From contig JAQFVV010000010.1 in the NCBI GenBank assembly GCA_028023455.1, positions 12,400,001 to 12,464,000 on the forward strand: a DNA stretch of 64,000 bases. The letters are read 5' to 3'. This document shows positions 24,472 through 38,200 of the stretch, piece after piece (the stretch's first letter is position 1; the number at the start of each line of letters is the position of its first letter). The translations under genes and the position numbers were made by a program. This stretch comes from Epiperipatus broadwayi. Its lineage: Eukaryota > Animalia > Onychophora. Under the pieces are notes generated by a model that was not told where the DNA came from, ran no database searches, and saw only the letters and a program-made list of their open reading frames with translations.

Positions 24472-26748
24472 CATCGAGAAGTAAATATTCTTGCATTTAA
24501 TTTGCAATTTTAAAAGTCCACTAGTTAATATATATATATATTTTTAGTATGTAATATTTTACTATGTGTGCATTGTGCCTTGCCTAGAATTTTAGATGCA
24601 TTTAATTTTAAAGTATTTCTCATAGTAGTCACTTGACAGTGTATTTTGTTGGTTCGAACATTGAATATGTTTTGTAGTTTCAAACTTCTTAGGAATAACT
24701 TAGTTAATTCAGGTGAACTATATATCTTGCTATTAGTTAGTATTTGCTAGCCTCATAGAGTTAGGCTTAGTTAATAATTTTGAATATGCTTATGGAGTAA
24801 ATAAAATCCTCCATTCTTATTGTATTGTATTTCCATGATTTGATAGTGCTTGTCCCCAAAAGAGGGTTATTATATTGTATTTTTCAGTTATGATAATCAC
24901 ATTTATAAGCATTGAAAATCCCATGAGAGAGGATTGTGCTTTCTTGGTGCGTTTCCTATTCCCAGATGTACTGTAGAAGAGTTCCAGACATCTTAGTTTT
25001 TGCCTCGAAGTTAGGTATTTTTGAAAGCCACCATATTCTTTTCCAGCTCTGAGGAGCCTAGTATTTTTATATTTTTTGCCTATCATTCATGATGACTTAA
25101 TGCTAATTCCACCACAGTAGGTGATGTTGCATTTGTTTTAGATTTGTGATGACAAGATATGCTTGTTTGAGGAAATTTATTTCTTCAGGTAACCGCAGCT
25201 AATTTATGGCTCATAGGTATATCAATGTTTGAATTGTGTTGTTATGATAGTTTTATCATGCACAAGCTAACCAACAATAAGTTATATTTATTTTAAAGTA
25301 TGTTAAATATGCATATGGTATAAGTGGCAATCCACACATATTAAGTTTAATATTTTCATCTAGAGTTTCGCTGCTGGATTTGTAAGTCTGTTATGTCATT
25401 AATTTTAAAACATTGAGGGAATAATTTTATGTGGACTAAATTTATTTAAAAGAGTATAACTGACCTCTGATGAATGAATGCCCTATACACTTATCTTAGT
25501 TTTATTTTAAGATTAGCTTAGTCTAATTTAAGAATATATCATTAAGTTTAATATTAGTTATGTCAGTGTAACTAGTGATGATATTTTTCAAAAATATGCT
25601 GAATATGCTTATTTCAACTTAGCAATTAATTTAGGGTTTTAAATACAAACCTAGTTTTGTGTGTTATTCTGATTACTAGAAGACACCATAATGTTATGAA
25701 TTATTTTAATTTAAAAAAAAATTAGAAGTATGCTTATTAAATCCAGACATTATAATTAAAGTTAAAGATTGTAAAATCTCTAATTGTTAAAAGAGATTAA
25801 AATTGAGTAGCCTTTGACTGTTATTATGTATACTAGTGTAAACTAAATAAAACTGTTAAAAGTCAAAATACTTATATTAGGTCCTAGTGCGATATTGGCA
25901 ATGTTTGTATTCCATTAAATTTGTAAGAATTTCTTATTGTTCTTAATAAACCAAATTATTATTATTTCAAAAAGTTTTGTTTTGTTTGTTTTGCTTTTGT
26001 ATGAAAATATATTATTGTCTTGGGTTCCAAATTCACAAAATCTTAAGTTTCTAAAGTTTATTGAATCTTCAATTCAGAAGTTCACAAGTATATCCTAAGT
26101 TAATTAAATATATTTGATATTGGCTTGAAAATTAGAAAGCTATGTTAAAGCAAGTGATTCTCATATTGAATCACAATAATAGATAATTGTATTTTACCAG
26201 ATACTTAGTTATATTTTTAGTTAAAAGTTTATTTTAAATTATCAGTATTTTCAGACTAAAGGTTATGCAATATCAGATTAAGAATATAAGTACTTAAGAA
26301 GAATATTTTTAATTATTGTTATTTTAAAAGCTGCACATTATCTTATATTCATTGCACATCATCTGTATCATCTTAAATCTTGTATGTCTAAAGAATTTAA
26401 TCCATCTGCATTTGAGGTCTTTAGTAGGTTGCCTGTGAGTATGAGAAAGGCATAAAAAGTACCCTTGCTCTTTTCTTTGCTCGAGTAATGTCTTGGATAA
26501 TAGGCCATTACTAGATTAAATTTAAATTGATTCATTAAATTTATGAATTAATATTTGTTTTGTATGTTATTTTAAGATTGCACCATAAGGTTGTTATTTT
26601 GTGATCAGCTAAGATATTACTTATTTGTTTATTAATCTCAGAAATTCTTTAATAGGCAACTTAACTTAAACTTTTAATTTTACACAAGAGTTTAGTTTTA
26701 GAAATCCCTGAGGTTATTTACTCTTGTTGTTTTAATAAATATAATTTA

Positions 26749-27006
26749 AATACAATTTATCCAAACTTCAAACACTTTTTAGCAAACTTTATTTGTACAT
26801 ACACCTACGTTTCGACTGACCTGCAGTCTTCTTCAGAGTAAGGTTATTCTGATCTTCTAAATAAAATAACCTTACTCTGAAGAAGACTGCAGGTCAGTCA
26901 AAACGTAGGTGTATGTACAAATAAAGTTTGCTAAAAAGTGTTTGAAGTTTGGATAAATTGTATTTATATGATATTACGGCAAACATAAAGAAAAGTGTGA
27001 TTTTGG
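26749..27006. mobile_element. Young fold-back insertion (Penelope inverted pLTR-like) with TSD
   Basis: 101-bp arms with one mismatch (26748-26848 and 26865-26965), a 16-nt loop and a 41-bp unpaired tail, flanked by TAATAAATATAATTTA at 26733-26748 and 27007-27022. Confidence 0.9.
26803..26839 (-). ncRNA. Minimal type I hammerhead ribozyme motif
   Basis: ACU-CUGAAGA-A-GACUG[CAGGU]CAGUC-GAAA-CG-UA-GGU: intact core, 5-bp stem II, palindromic ACGU in place of stem III, short stem I. The plus-strand copy at 26874-26910 has AAAA in place of GAAA. Confidence 0.7.
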
Positions 27007-27279
27007 TAATAAATATAATTTAGTAAGAAAATCTTTCTAATCAAAGTATCATTATTCTTATTCAGAGAGTGGCTGATCTATTGGTAGGACTAATATGGTA
27101 ATCATGGATTGGTGATTTTAAATAATCTTTTGTATGGTTTAGTAGTAGATTATTAATATGCTGCAGTAGTTATAGTTCATCAGTATTGGATTTGATCTTT
27201 ATTGGATTATACATCTCTGGATCATCATTTCTTTTCTTTAAATTTATTATAACCCCACTGAGCCGAGTCATTAAGAGTC

Positions 27280-27955
27280 TCTCATTTCATCTCATTTCAT
27301 TTCAGTTTATCATCTCATCCATTTCATTTCATTTATTTTCATATCATTTTTCATCATCTCTCTTTTACATTTCTTCTATCATCTCATCTATAACATCTAA
27401 TCCTCTTCTATCATCCATATTATCTAATCCATTTCAAATCATTTCATTTCATCTCTTCTTCTCCTTTCATCTCTTTCCATTACATATCATTTCATCCCTT
27501 GTTTCTTTCATTTCTTTTCATCTTTTCTTCTCTCTCACATTTTCGTTCACCTTATTTCATTTCATTTTCTTTTCATATCATTGTCATCATCTCTCTTTCT
27601 TCTCTTTCCATCTCTATCCATTCTTTTCTCTTCTCTCCCTCATTTTCGTTCTCTCTTCTTCTTTTCCTTTTCTTTCATTTTCTTTCCCTCCATTCTCTCC
27701 TCTATTTTTTTTTCGGTTACAATTTTCATCATCTCTCTTTTACATTTCATTTATCATCTCATCCATTTCTAAATCATGTATTCCATTTCTTCTTCTTCTT
27801 TCATCTATATCCATTATTTATAATCTCAGCCATATCATCTAATCTTCTTCTATCATCCATATCATCTAATCCATATCAAATCATTTCATTTCATCTCTAC
27901 TTCTCCTTTCATTTCACTTTCCCTCCTCCTTTTTCTCCCCTCATCTCTATTTTTT
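27280..27955 (+). repeat. Pyrimidine-rich low-complexity tract with an internal duplication
   Basis: Almost G-free TTTCAT/CATCTC-type repeats; about 27350-27480 recurs at about 27728-27915. Confidence 0.9.
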
Positions 27956-28652
27956 AGGTTACAATATATATATATGTATAAATATACAACACTAAACCTA
28001 CACCTATGAGAACCTATGATAGAATTTTTTCAACAGAAGTCAAGGTTTATCATATTATGATTATGTTTTTCTTGTTTTACTGGTTACATAGCTTAAATTT
28101 TCTGATGAAAATATGTTGCAGTCACATTAAAATCTCAGCTGTTTATTACATTATTTTCATAAGTTTACTGTCATAGTCTTAGAAGTTTTTCATGAGCTTC
28201 AAAATATAGTCAACATCTGGACAGATTAACATCATTTTCAAAAGAATCTAAATGCAGATGATACTACTATTAGAAATAAGTCTTGAAAATGACTAAAGAA
28301 GATAGTTCAAACATTGTTAGAGATGTACATGGATATGAAAAAAAAAAAAAAAGATTCATAAAATAAAATAAATTTTATAAAAAAAATTATGTTGAGAATT
28401 TTGTTTTATTTTTTAACCATTTTTTTTTTTTCAGAATGAATATTCTACATCTTTAACAATGTTTGACCTATCCTCTATAATCATTTTCAAGGCTGATTTC
28501 TTTTTTTATCTGTATAAAATAGGGGAAAGTAAAAAAGTACAGTATTTAATAAAATGAAAATAAATAAAAAAGGAATAAATCTTGAAAATTTTTTCTTTAA
28601 TTTTAGCAATCACTTTTAAAAAACATTAATTATTTATCATTCACCTAAGTTT

Positions 28653-28815
28653 AAATATAATATAACAATTTATCAATTGTTAAAACAGAGAATCTTTAAC
28701 ATAAATAAAATAAAATAACTAATTTAATTTATATTAAAGATTCTCTGTTTTAATAATTGACAAATTGTTATATTATATTTATAGTTATATATTAACAGAA
28801 GTATTATTTATTTAT
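28653..28815. repeat. AT-rich fold-back (about 47-bp arms) with tail and possible 10-bp TSD
   Basis: Arms 28653-28699 and about 28734-28780; CTAAGTTTAA at 28645-28654 and 28816-28825. Confidence 0.65.
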
Positions 28816-29189
28816 CTAAGTTTAATTAATATTGTACAGGACTATACAGAAAGCAATAAATTTATTATATTTTTAAATAAATAATTGATCCAGTTTGAAT
28901 CTCAATTCCAAAACCATCAGCTCTTAAGTTTGTTACTCTACAATTAGCAAAACTGTGCATTTATTAATAATGTTTCAATATTTAAGTTGTTTAAATTATA
29001 CAATACTTGTTCATCAACTGTCTAACAAATATCATAAAGAAACAACAATAAATTTTAAATTAATCATTCTTCAATAATAATTTTTTTTAAGCAATATGGT
29101 AATATTGTAATTTCATTTTTGCCATTTATTATTAAATAATTCTTTTCAAAACTAAAAAAAAAAAATGCTAATCTTGAGCAAAAGATGTC

Positions 29190-29280
29190 ATATTAATAAA
29201 CAAAGGCAAAACTCCCCATACAGTAGTGCCACCCTGTGCCAAACAGAGTAATCAATGGATGCCAGAAGGCTTGTGCAAAT
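29190..29280 (-). mobile_element. Partial copy of the short retroposed repeat family (see 43507)
   Basis: AAAACTCCCCATACAGTAGTGCCACC...TAATCAATGGATGCCAGAAGGCTTGTGCA, matching the copies at 49607, 52357 and 58285. Confidence 0.75.
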
Positions 29281-30749
29281 GAGTTTGAATTTTTAATTAG
29301 TTAGTCCATTGTTTGGAGAGAGATATGTGTACAATAAACCACAACAGTCTTCATTCACAAAGCTATGAGTATGAGATTCGAACATTAAATCTCGAAAGCG
29401 CTAAGCAGACCTATTACACATTATAGTATAATTATAGCTTCACTAAGGCATGGGAAAAAAGTCACATATTTATAATATATATTTTAATTATTTATTAAAA
29501 ACATAACTATTTGAATATGCAAAAATAGCATGATTATTTGTATTATAAATTAAGACTAGCATAAATGGTTTATGAAATAGAACGTTCTTATATTAACAAT
29601 TAATAATTTAACAAATTAAAAACTAGAATTCCACTTCAGAAGTTATAACAAGTATTAGTTAATTAGAATATTAATACATTTATTAATTAAATAAATTTTT
29701 GATTATAAGAAAAAGAATTTTTAAAATGTTGAAGAAAAACTTTTAAAAAAGCAGAAAATATTAAAAAAATAACTAACCTAATTCCCACTTCCAGCCATAT
29801 ATCATTCTTTTTTAACTTAACTACAAGAGCTTATGATCAGAGTAAAATTTCTATCATCTAAAAAAAAAAAATTGTTTAAAACTATCCCAAATTCATAGTA
29901 AAATATTTAAAATAAAAAATCATATCTTTGTTTCCAGAAAATTATTAGAGAACTTATTATTTTATTGTATGATGAACTATTTGGAAGGTTAAATAATGCT
30001 TAAATACAAGGGGCTGAGCATAATCATTTCATTATTATTCATGTAAATTGAATTTTTTTACTTTCTTACATTGACAATTGATAGATAAATCATAAATTTG
30101 TGAGATGCCACTTTCACAATAGTGACAAATTTCTCAGATATTGAATAGAGACCCAGGAGACAAGGGAAAAGAAGTATAACTTAATGTGCAAATAAATTAA
30201 TCACTATGAGACTATGGAGAAAAACTAATACCGCATATAACTTGCCCAGCAAATAAATTAAAATTCTTCAATTGTATATTTTTAATCATTTTCATATTTT
30301 TTAAAGTTCAAATAGAATTAAAACATTCTATTATTTTTTACTTAGTTCATACTAAATAAATAATACATTAAGATTTAAAAAAACATTGCATTTGAAGAAC
30401 AAGTCTACATAAATAATTACTATGGCATATACTATTATCTATTTATATTTAAATTACCTTACATAATAACATAAATTTATACAATATTGTAAATGTTGTA
30501 ACTATAAAAATAATATGTAAAACACAATTTATTTAACAATTAAAAAAAGTAAACTAATTTTCTTATCTCCTCAGAAAAAGTAATATGCTATTTCTAAACA
30601 TGCAAAAGAGGCAGAAAGTAGACCCTTTGATTACTAATTGAGATCTTAAAGAAACTGAGAAGAATAAATTCCTAATATCCCATTCATATATCTTGTTGCA
30701 CTTATTACTACTCTATGTGATTATTTATATATTAAAAAACATAAAGCCA

Positions 30750-31655
30750 ATACATAATACTAAACTGAAATCTATATAAAATATTTAAAACACCCCATAG
30801 TTGTAGCTATATTATTTCAACCACCCTCCTCCTTTAAATAAAAAAAAAGCTTGAATTTTAGCTATTGAAAAGAAAATTCTCTTCATTATTGACTGTAATA
30901 ATCTAATATATATTAAAATTCAAACTAATTTAAATGAGAAGTGTGAAACTAAGTAAGCAAAGATCTTACATTGCAAATAAACAAACACGTTTAATTTTAA
31001 GTATATTTAAAAAGACTACACAATAGTCATTTTTATTCACGAAACTCAAATGTAAGAAATAGAATCGATACATAACACTATCTGAAATCTATATAAAATA
31101 TTTGAAACATCTCTTCAATGTAGCGTGCAATGATCTAATATATAGTAAAATTCAAGCTATTTTATGTGAGTTTTGTCATTTAAATTAGCTTGAATTTTAA
31201 TATATATTGGATCATTGCATTCAACATCGAAGAGAATTTCCTTTTCAATGGCTGCTAAAATTTGAGCTTTTCTTTATTTAAAGAGAAGGGTAGCAGAAAC
31301 AATATATCTATGGGGCATTTCAAATATTTTATATAGATTTCAGCTAGTATTACACATTGGTTCTATTTCTTATATTTGAGTTTGAGGAATAAAAATGACT
31401 ATTGTATAGTCTAAATATATTTAAAATTAAACATCACATGGAGAGTTTTGCCTTTGTTTAAAATTAAACATGTTTGTTTATTTACAATATAAGATTTTTA
31501 CTTACTTAGTTTCACAAATTTAATTTAAATTAGCTTGAATTTTAATATATATTAGTACCATTGCAGTCGACACTGAAAAGATTTCCCTTTTCAATGGGAT
31601 GCTAAAATTTGAGTATTTCAAGGGAGAGTTGGCTAAAACAACAAAGCTAGCGGGC
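30750..31655. repeat. Compound fold-back: tandem copies of an approximately 330-bp unit on both sides of an inversion centre near 31165
   Basis: CTGAAATCTATATAAAATATTT is direct at 30765 and 31082 and inverted near 31322-31343. 30820-30925 is inverted at both 31177-31290 and 31520-31625. Confidence 0.8.
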
Positions 31656-32444
31656 ATTTCAAATATTAAACAAGATGAATAGGCTGCTCACCAATATACA
31701 TCATTTAGCACCGAAAGTTTACATTCTTTTTATCTCTGATTTTAAGATCAAAAAAACCTATGATCTTTCATCTTAATTGCTTGACAGTTCTTAAGTGAAA
31801 TAAATATCTATTAACTAGAAGATGAAGTGTGCATGATTGATTTTTTTTATAGATATTTGCAATCATAACAGACAAAAATAAATTATGATCCTTATTCCCA
31901 GAAAACTGCGTCATCAGGCAAAGAGTGCTATTCGAAGATGACTTTTTATTTAGGACCTACAAGTGCAGATCACTTTCAAGTAAAAGAATATCCCATGAGA
32001 AAAAGGTGACAAGATATGGATATATATGTTATTACAATAAAAAAAAACAACAACATTGCGGAGATTGGTAGATAAAATGCCAAGATTAATTATTCAAATT
32101 AGTGAAATATACAAAAGGCAGATAATTCATGTGTATGCTTTAGCAAGTTCTCATTGTACTAAAGTACATGATTTTTATATGGATATACAAATTATTTTCG
32201 ATAAGATCAAACATCATTTTAAAATTGACTTTAACGCTAGAGGGGCAAATGCTTTGGATAATCTTGGTTATTGTGATAGAAAGTAGAGAGGTTACAGACT
32301 ATTGGGACTCAAAGAAAAAGAAAAATTATATTATGAGTTTTTTCTTTGAAATAAATGCTACATGAAAATGGATATGGAAACATTCAAATGAAGATACAGC
32401 AGAACTGGATTATTTTCTATTAATAAAGAATATGTATTTCAAAC

Positions 32445-32520
32445 CCTGCATGGTTTGGTGCAGTTGGTAAGGATCGGGACTGCCCAAGATCAATTCTGGT
32501 GCTCCCACATCTAGCGCTCA
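32445..32520 (+). mobile_element. Possible tRNA-derived SINE head
   Basis: A-box-like TGGTGCAGTTGG and degenerate B-box-like GATCAATTC; GC-rich insert within the RTE. Confidence 0.3.
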
Positions 32521-33498
32521 CACTTCTTATGAACTCCTGAGCAACAAAACCATATGCATTTTTTTTCAAATCATTTTGAAATATTACTATACTTTGAAGA
32601 TAGTTCAGACTTGACTGAAGTTAATAAGAAGATAACTGATATTCTATTAACAAATGCAAGAAAGACAGTAAAAAGAAAGCAATTTATCAGTAAATTTTCT
32701 ATTGAGATGATAATATTTGAAGAAAAGAAGAAATACAAACATATTTAAAAATAATCTACTAAAAAGAATTGAATACCTAGAATTTAGTAAAAGGGTTTAT
32801 AAAAGAATTAATAATGATGTAAGAAAACAACTGCGAATTGACAAGGCAAACTATAGAAGAGAATAAGTCTCGAAAGTGTAAAACAAAGATCTTGGTATTT
32901 GAAGGAAAATTGTTCCAGCAATAAAAACAAATGATTGAACTACTATTAAAAAAGACAGATGACATCATGAAATGTGTGGAAGAGTTCTATAAACAATTAT
33001 ATAGTAATAAAAAAATTAAAAAAGCAATATATATATATTTCCCCTATAATTACTACATTCTCTAAATTGCCAAGTATTTTAAATGAAACTAACAAAAAAA
33101 TTTCACACAATAGTACCACCTAGTATAAGTTCCAGTAATCAATAGATACTTTCTAGTTTAAGGATTTCATCAATGAAGAGACTTGGATATGGAAGCCATA
33201 TACCTGAATCTTTGGATCAAATACACATCTTCAGAACCCAATTTTTTGGTTAACTATAAAGCTATCAGCTCAAAGTGAAACACAATAATGTCAATCCAAG
33301 CTAATTTGCCTGTACAATTATTCAGATTTGAATCCAGCTCAGTATCTATATATTTTGGTATCTTTGGGTTTTTTTTTAATAACTATAACTTTTATCCTTT
33401 TTTAGGAATGGTATTAAATCAATGCAACATCATATGATAATCTTTTTTTTTTTTTGCTTATAAAAGCTATTAAAACAGTAGCAATAAACAATATATGC

Positions 33499-33835
33499 AA
33501 GGTTGTGCATCATAATCCTTATCCAGTGCCTTCCCATCCAATGCCTCCACACTAGTTTCTAACTTATGGCTTTCATCAGTGAGGTGGTTTGGGGTCTGGG
33601 AGCAGTGCATCTGGATCTTTGCACCAAATGCATCCCTCCAGCATTTAATACAAAGCTCCAGGTGCAGATCCAGATGCACCGCTTCCAGACCCCAAACCAC
33701 CTCACTGATTAAAGCCATAAACTAGAAACTAGTCTGGAGGTATTGGATGGGAAGACACTGGATAGGGATTATGATGCACAACCTTCTAGCATCTATCAAT
33801 TCATGGCGCTTACACTAAGAGGTACTATTGCATGG
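33499..33835. mobile_element. Fold-back element with hammerhead-like cores in both arms
   Basis: Arms 33499-33620 and about 33661-33785. Left arm (-) CCTCA-CTGATGA-AAGCCATAAGTTA-GAAA-CTAG-TG; right arm (+) CCTCA-CTGATTA-AAGCCATAAACTA-GAAA-CTAG-TC-TGGAGG. The outer arm 33786-33835 pairs with 33105-33157. Confidence 0.85.
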
Positions 33836-35699
33836 GTAAAAAACTGCTAGTTTTAATAACTTGTCTAAGGAAAAAGAAAAGGAAAGTTCCAAGAAATGAC
33901 AAAATTATTATAGATCTTTTTAAAAAAGCAAATGAAGAAATAGAAAATGTTTTAACAAAGCTATATATCAAATGTTTAAATCATAAAGATGTGTCAAATG
34001 ACTGGAAGAATGCAGTAGTAATATTAATATTTAAAAAAGATGATAACAAAGATATTAGAAATTACAGACTTATCAGTCTTCTATCAATTCTATAAAGAAA
34101 CTTTATCAAGTTAATTTTACAACTTATTTATAATGAACTTTAGATTATAACCTACTAAAAGAATAACTGAATTGAAAAGTTATTTCATCCAAGTATTGAG
34201 AAAAAATTATAGAAAGGACCAATGAATATGAGTTATCATTATGCTTTGGATTTGTAGATTATGAAAAGTTATTTGATTCTATAAGTATTTCTATAGTAAT
34301 TAAAACTTTGGATCATCAAGAGATAGATGGAGAATATTGTTATAATCTGAAGAATATTTATCAATATCCAAAAGCAGTGATTAGATTACATGATGATACT
34401 AAAAAGATTAACACTGAAAAGGGTGTATAACAGGATGATGGATCCATATCTTCAAAACTTTTTATAATAGTTTTCAAGATGTATTTTGTGGATTAAAATA
34501 GCAAGCTAAGAGAGTAAAAGTAAATAGAAATTATTTAAGTTATCAAAATTTTGCAGATGATGTAATTGATTTTGGAAATAATACTTCAGAGCTTCAGGAG
34601 TGAAAATAAAAAAATATGCTTAAAGATAAATGCTAAAAGGATTAAAATAATGTTCAATGAATTTTCTCTGAAGAAAATAAAGATTGATAATCTTGAATTA
34701 GAAAAGGTTAATAACTACAAATATGGATTAAATAAATCATAGAATTAAACTTGAATAGAGGGGTTTGGATAGAAATAATTTAATATTAAAAAGAAACTCT
34801 TATTTATGGATTAGAGACTTGACCAATACTTAACAGAAAAGCAATATAGAGATGGTGAGATTTATGTTAGGACTAGTAAGAAGATATCAGAAATGAAGTG
34901 TATAGATGAGAAACAATCAGATATTAGTGGCATCATTGAAAGAATTAAATTTAAATGGTGGTATATTGGACATATTCCTAGAACAGATGATAATAGATGA
35001 TAAAGTTTTAAATTAAATCTAAAAAGATTGTAAAAGGCTTAGAAAAAGACCACGTCAGATGGATGAATGAAATAAAGAATGTTACTGGTATGATGAGGAT
35101 CATAGTAAGTGGATTAAATTTGGAGACTCCTTCAGTGGATCAATAATGATTGAAGATGAAGATGAGGGTACACATTTGTTTGTATTTTTGATCGGTGAGC
35201 CAAAACATTTTTTTTGATTCAGAATGGTTTGAATTATATGGGTCAAAAATTAGTAAAGGAATAAAAAAAATGAAACCTACAAATAAATATAACAAATTTG
35301 AAAAATATATATATTGGAGAACCATAACAAAATATAATCTTGAGAGATGGCCAATAGATTAGTAAGTGTGAGAAATATAAATATTTAGACATGAAGATCA
35401 TCTAAAGGGAAACAACAGTTAAAACTATAAACTAATATATTAGGTAGAAAACCTGTAGCAATGATTAATGGAATATTATAGAATCAGAATATATCTTTAA
35501 GTCAATAAATGACAAATATATGATATAATAATGAAATTACACATAGACAGACTTAATATTTGAAAAAAAAAAAAAAGAATGAAAAAGAAATTATAGTAAA
35601 TGGATTACTAAAGAAGACCTGCAGGGAAATCAAGAAAAAAAATGCATAAGCAATAGAAAAATTTGAAAAATAATAAATACTGAACAAACTACGATAAAT

Positions 35700-35930
35700 T
35701 AAATCATACCATGATAATTAAAATGTTATGGAAATGCATAGATGCTCAGGAAAGATTGTCAAAATAAATATTAAACTGGATATCATAGAAAAGAAAAAAG
35801 AAGGTATCCAAAAAAGAGTTGAATGAATAAATAGAGAAATTAGAGAGAAAAATTTGCATGAACACTTATGGATTGACAAAAAGGCATTGTGATTAGGAAT
35901 TGGAAGAAATCATACACCATTTCAGACAAA
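35700..35930 (+). mobile_element. RTE-like LINE 3' fragment
   Basis: Broken-frame similarity to RTE C-termini (ILNWI..EKKK.GxPK, LWIDKKAL*LGIGR). Confidence 0.4.
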
Positions 35931-37399
35931 GAAGAAATAGAAAAAAAAAAAACTAGATGCATACTTCAAAAACTGATTGTAAAAGCATAAAATTGTAAAT
36001 ATATACTATCTAAATAATAACAATGTATAATTGTTTGTTTGAAAAATTAATTTTACATGCACAATGAAGCTGTCACATCCACAGAAACATTATTCATTAA
36101 TTTACTACTCCAAAAAAAAAAAACTCCTAATAAACACAAATAAAATTACTTACACAATCATTAATGATAAAGTGGGATAAAAAAATTTATTACATAAATT
36201 AAAATTTAAAAATATTGCTTTTAGCATTTATTCTTTAATTTTTAATAACCTATTGTTTACAATAACAATATTTTTTTTTAAAAAAACAACTATTAACTCT
36301 TCCTTGATTTAGTGAAAAAAAAATTTAACATTGAAGCAATACATAAAAATGAATATTTCAGACAGATTTTTGTTTTGAATCTCACTGAAACATTAAAACA
36401 ATTTTAAAATAATGTAAATATATTATATAGCCAAAAAAAAAAAGAAAAGGATTGAGTCGTGATTAGAAACAGAAGTAAATGGATTTGTTAAATATATTAT
36501 ATGTAGACAGAGATATATATTGTTTGTCTATTTTTATTAATTATTAAGAATGTATATACAGGTCTAATTTTTGAATTAAAACGTACTCTAGGTAGAAGTA
36601 CATATATGTTAAGATAATTATTATACACAAAGATATATGTATTTTTATTTATGTAAGCAATATGCATTGCAGATAAAGCATTGTAAATGAAGTGAGCTAT
36701 TATCCATTATTTCACTGTATCTCATAATGATCTTGAAAACAAGTGCAGTAAATGTGGAGGTATCATTGTATATTAGAAATATTTCAAAATGACTGTAGGA
36801 CTCTGTACATGATTTTCTTGAGCTTAATTTTTTAATTAATTACTATTTATTAGTATCATTGTTAATAGCAGATTATTATTATATATGGTTTTCCTATTTG
36901 TATTTACACCATTATCAACAAAACTATTATCAATATAAATTACTATGTATTTTCATTACAAATATTATCTTTTATACTAATTTTATAAGTATTACATCTA
37001 AGAAGTGAAACTTGCAGTATTTGTGTGTGTGTGTGTGTGTGTAAAGAAACAACCAAATCATTATTTATATGACTCACTGTGAAATAAGATTACATAATAC
37101 ATAACTCCTGATTTGTAAACTATGATAATACAAAGATCTAAATACACATTTCAAAAAACCTCTTACAACAGATATGTTATGACATGTAAATACTTTTAAC
37201 TATAACCTAGGATAACTAAAATCTTATTTAATATGAATTAAATTTTATTTTAAAATGTAATACACATCATTATATATTAATTTGGTTTGTTTTTTAAAAT
37301 GTAAAACTATAATATGCATCATTACCACAGGAGTTTCTTTACTAATCAATAAGAATATATATTCTGGACAGATAGAAATTATAATTAAGTCCAGTTTTT

Positions 37400-38200
37400 A
37401 TCATGAATGTCATCATCTTCGGTTTCTTCAAAATAAAGATCCTTCTATGTTTAATCCAATTTCTCTGACACATAGCTTCCTTTTCCACATACCAAACAAA
37501 TTTTTTAACTCATTCATCCATTTCATATATTGTCTTTTACAATTTTTTAGGACGCAATTTAAGACTTTAGTTATTCATCCATATTATTTCTAGCAAGATG
37601 TTCAGCCTAGTTCCATAATTCTTCAGAAATAATTACAACCAAGTCTGATACATGTATTTCACTTTTAATTTTTTTTCGTTAATTCTAAAATATACCTTTC
37701 TATATTTTACTATATGTCCTGCAGACTCTGTATTACTCTTAATAATTATTCAAATCTCACATAAATAAGTAGCAGTAAAGCATAACTAATAAAAATGTTC
37801 CCCATCAAATTTGTAAGCATATTTTTTAAATTATTTTCCCCAAAAGTAATCCAAATTAATTCTACCATTGATTTGATCTATTATGTTATCATTTGTATTA
37901 ATAAATGTGGCCAAAATATTTATTATTAATTTTCTTCTAAATATTTTTCATCTATTAAATTTTACTATCTTTCTTGAAAATTATTATTTTAATCTTTAAC
38001 TATTTTTAATTCTATTTTCTTATCATCATTTGAAAGTTCTTATAACATTTCCACCAGATCTGAAATATTATTTGCAAAAGCAATCATTTCACTGCAAAAT
38101 CTAAGATATTTTAAGTATCTGATGTGATGTATTATGGCTTCTCCTTTCTCAGAGTCAGGAATGGCTCCATCCTGTGGTATAGCTTAGACTACACTGCAGG
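37400..38200 (-). mobile_element. Degenerate RTE LINE 3' half
   Basis: The minus strand gives YLKYLRF.....FANNISDLVEML and a 3' end paralleling 15780-16010, ending in GATGATGAC. Confidence 0.7.

Larger units (their letters stand above)
32250..35165 (+). mobile_element. Degenerate near-full-length RTE LINE with nested insertions
   Basis: ORF 33832-34095 (DWKNAVVILIFKKDDNKDIRNYRLISLLS), NFADD at about 34550, and a 3' end matching 15600-16010; interrupted at about 32445-32545 and 33020-33835. Confidence 0.8.

Noticed and set aside
24817-25188. Minus ORF (89 aa) and a small plus-strand exon candidate at 25142-25188
   Set aside because: No recognisable product and no partner exons.
27186-27957. 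Long F/S/I-rich ORFs resembling membrane proteins
   Set aside because: Artefacts of a G-poor low-complexity tract.
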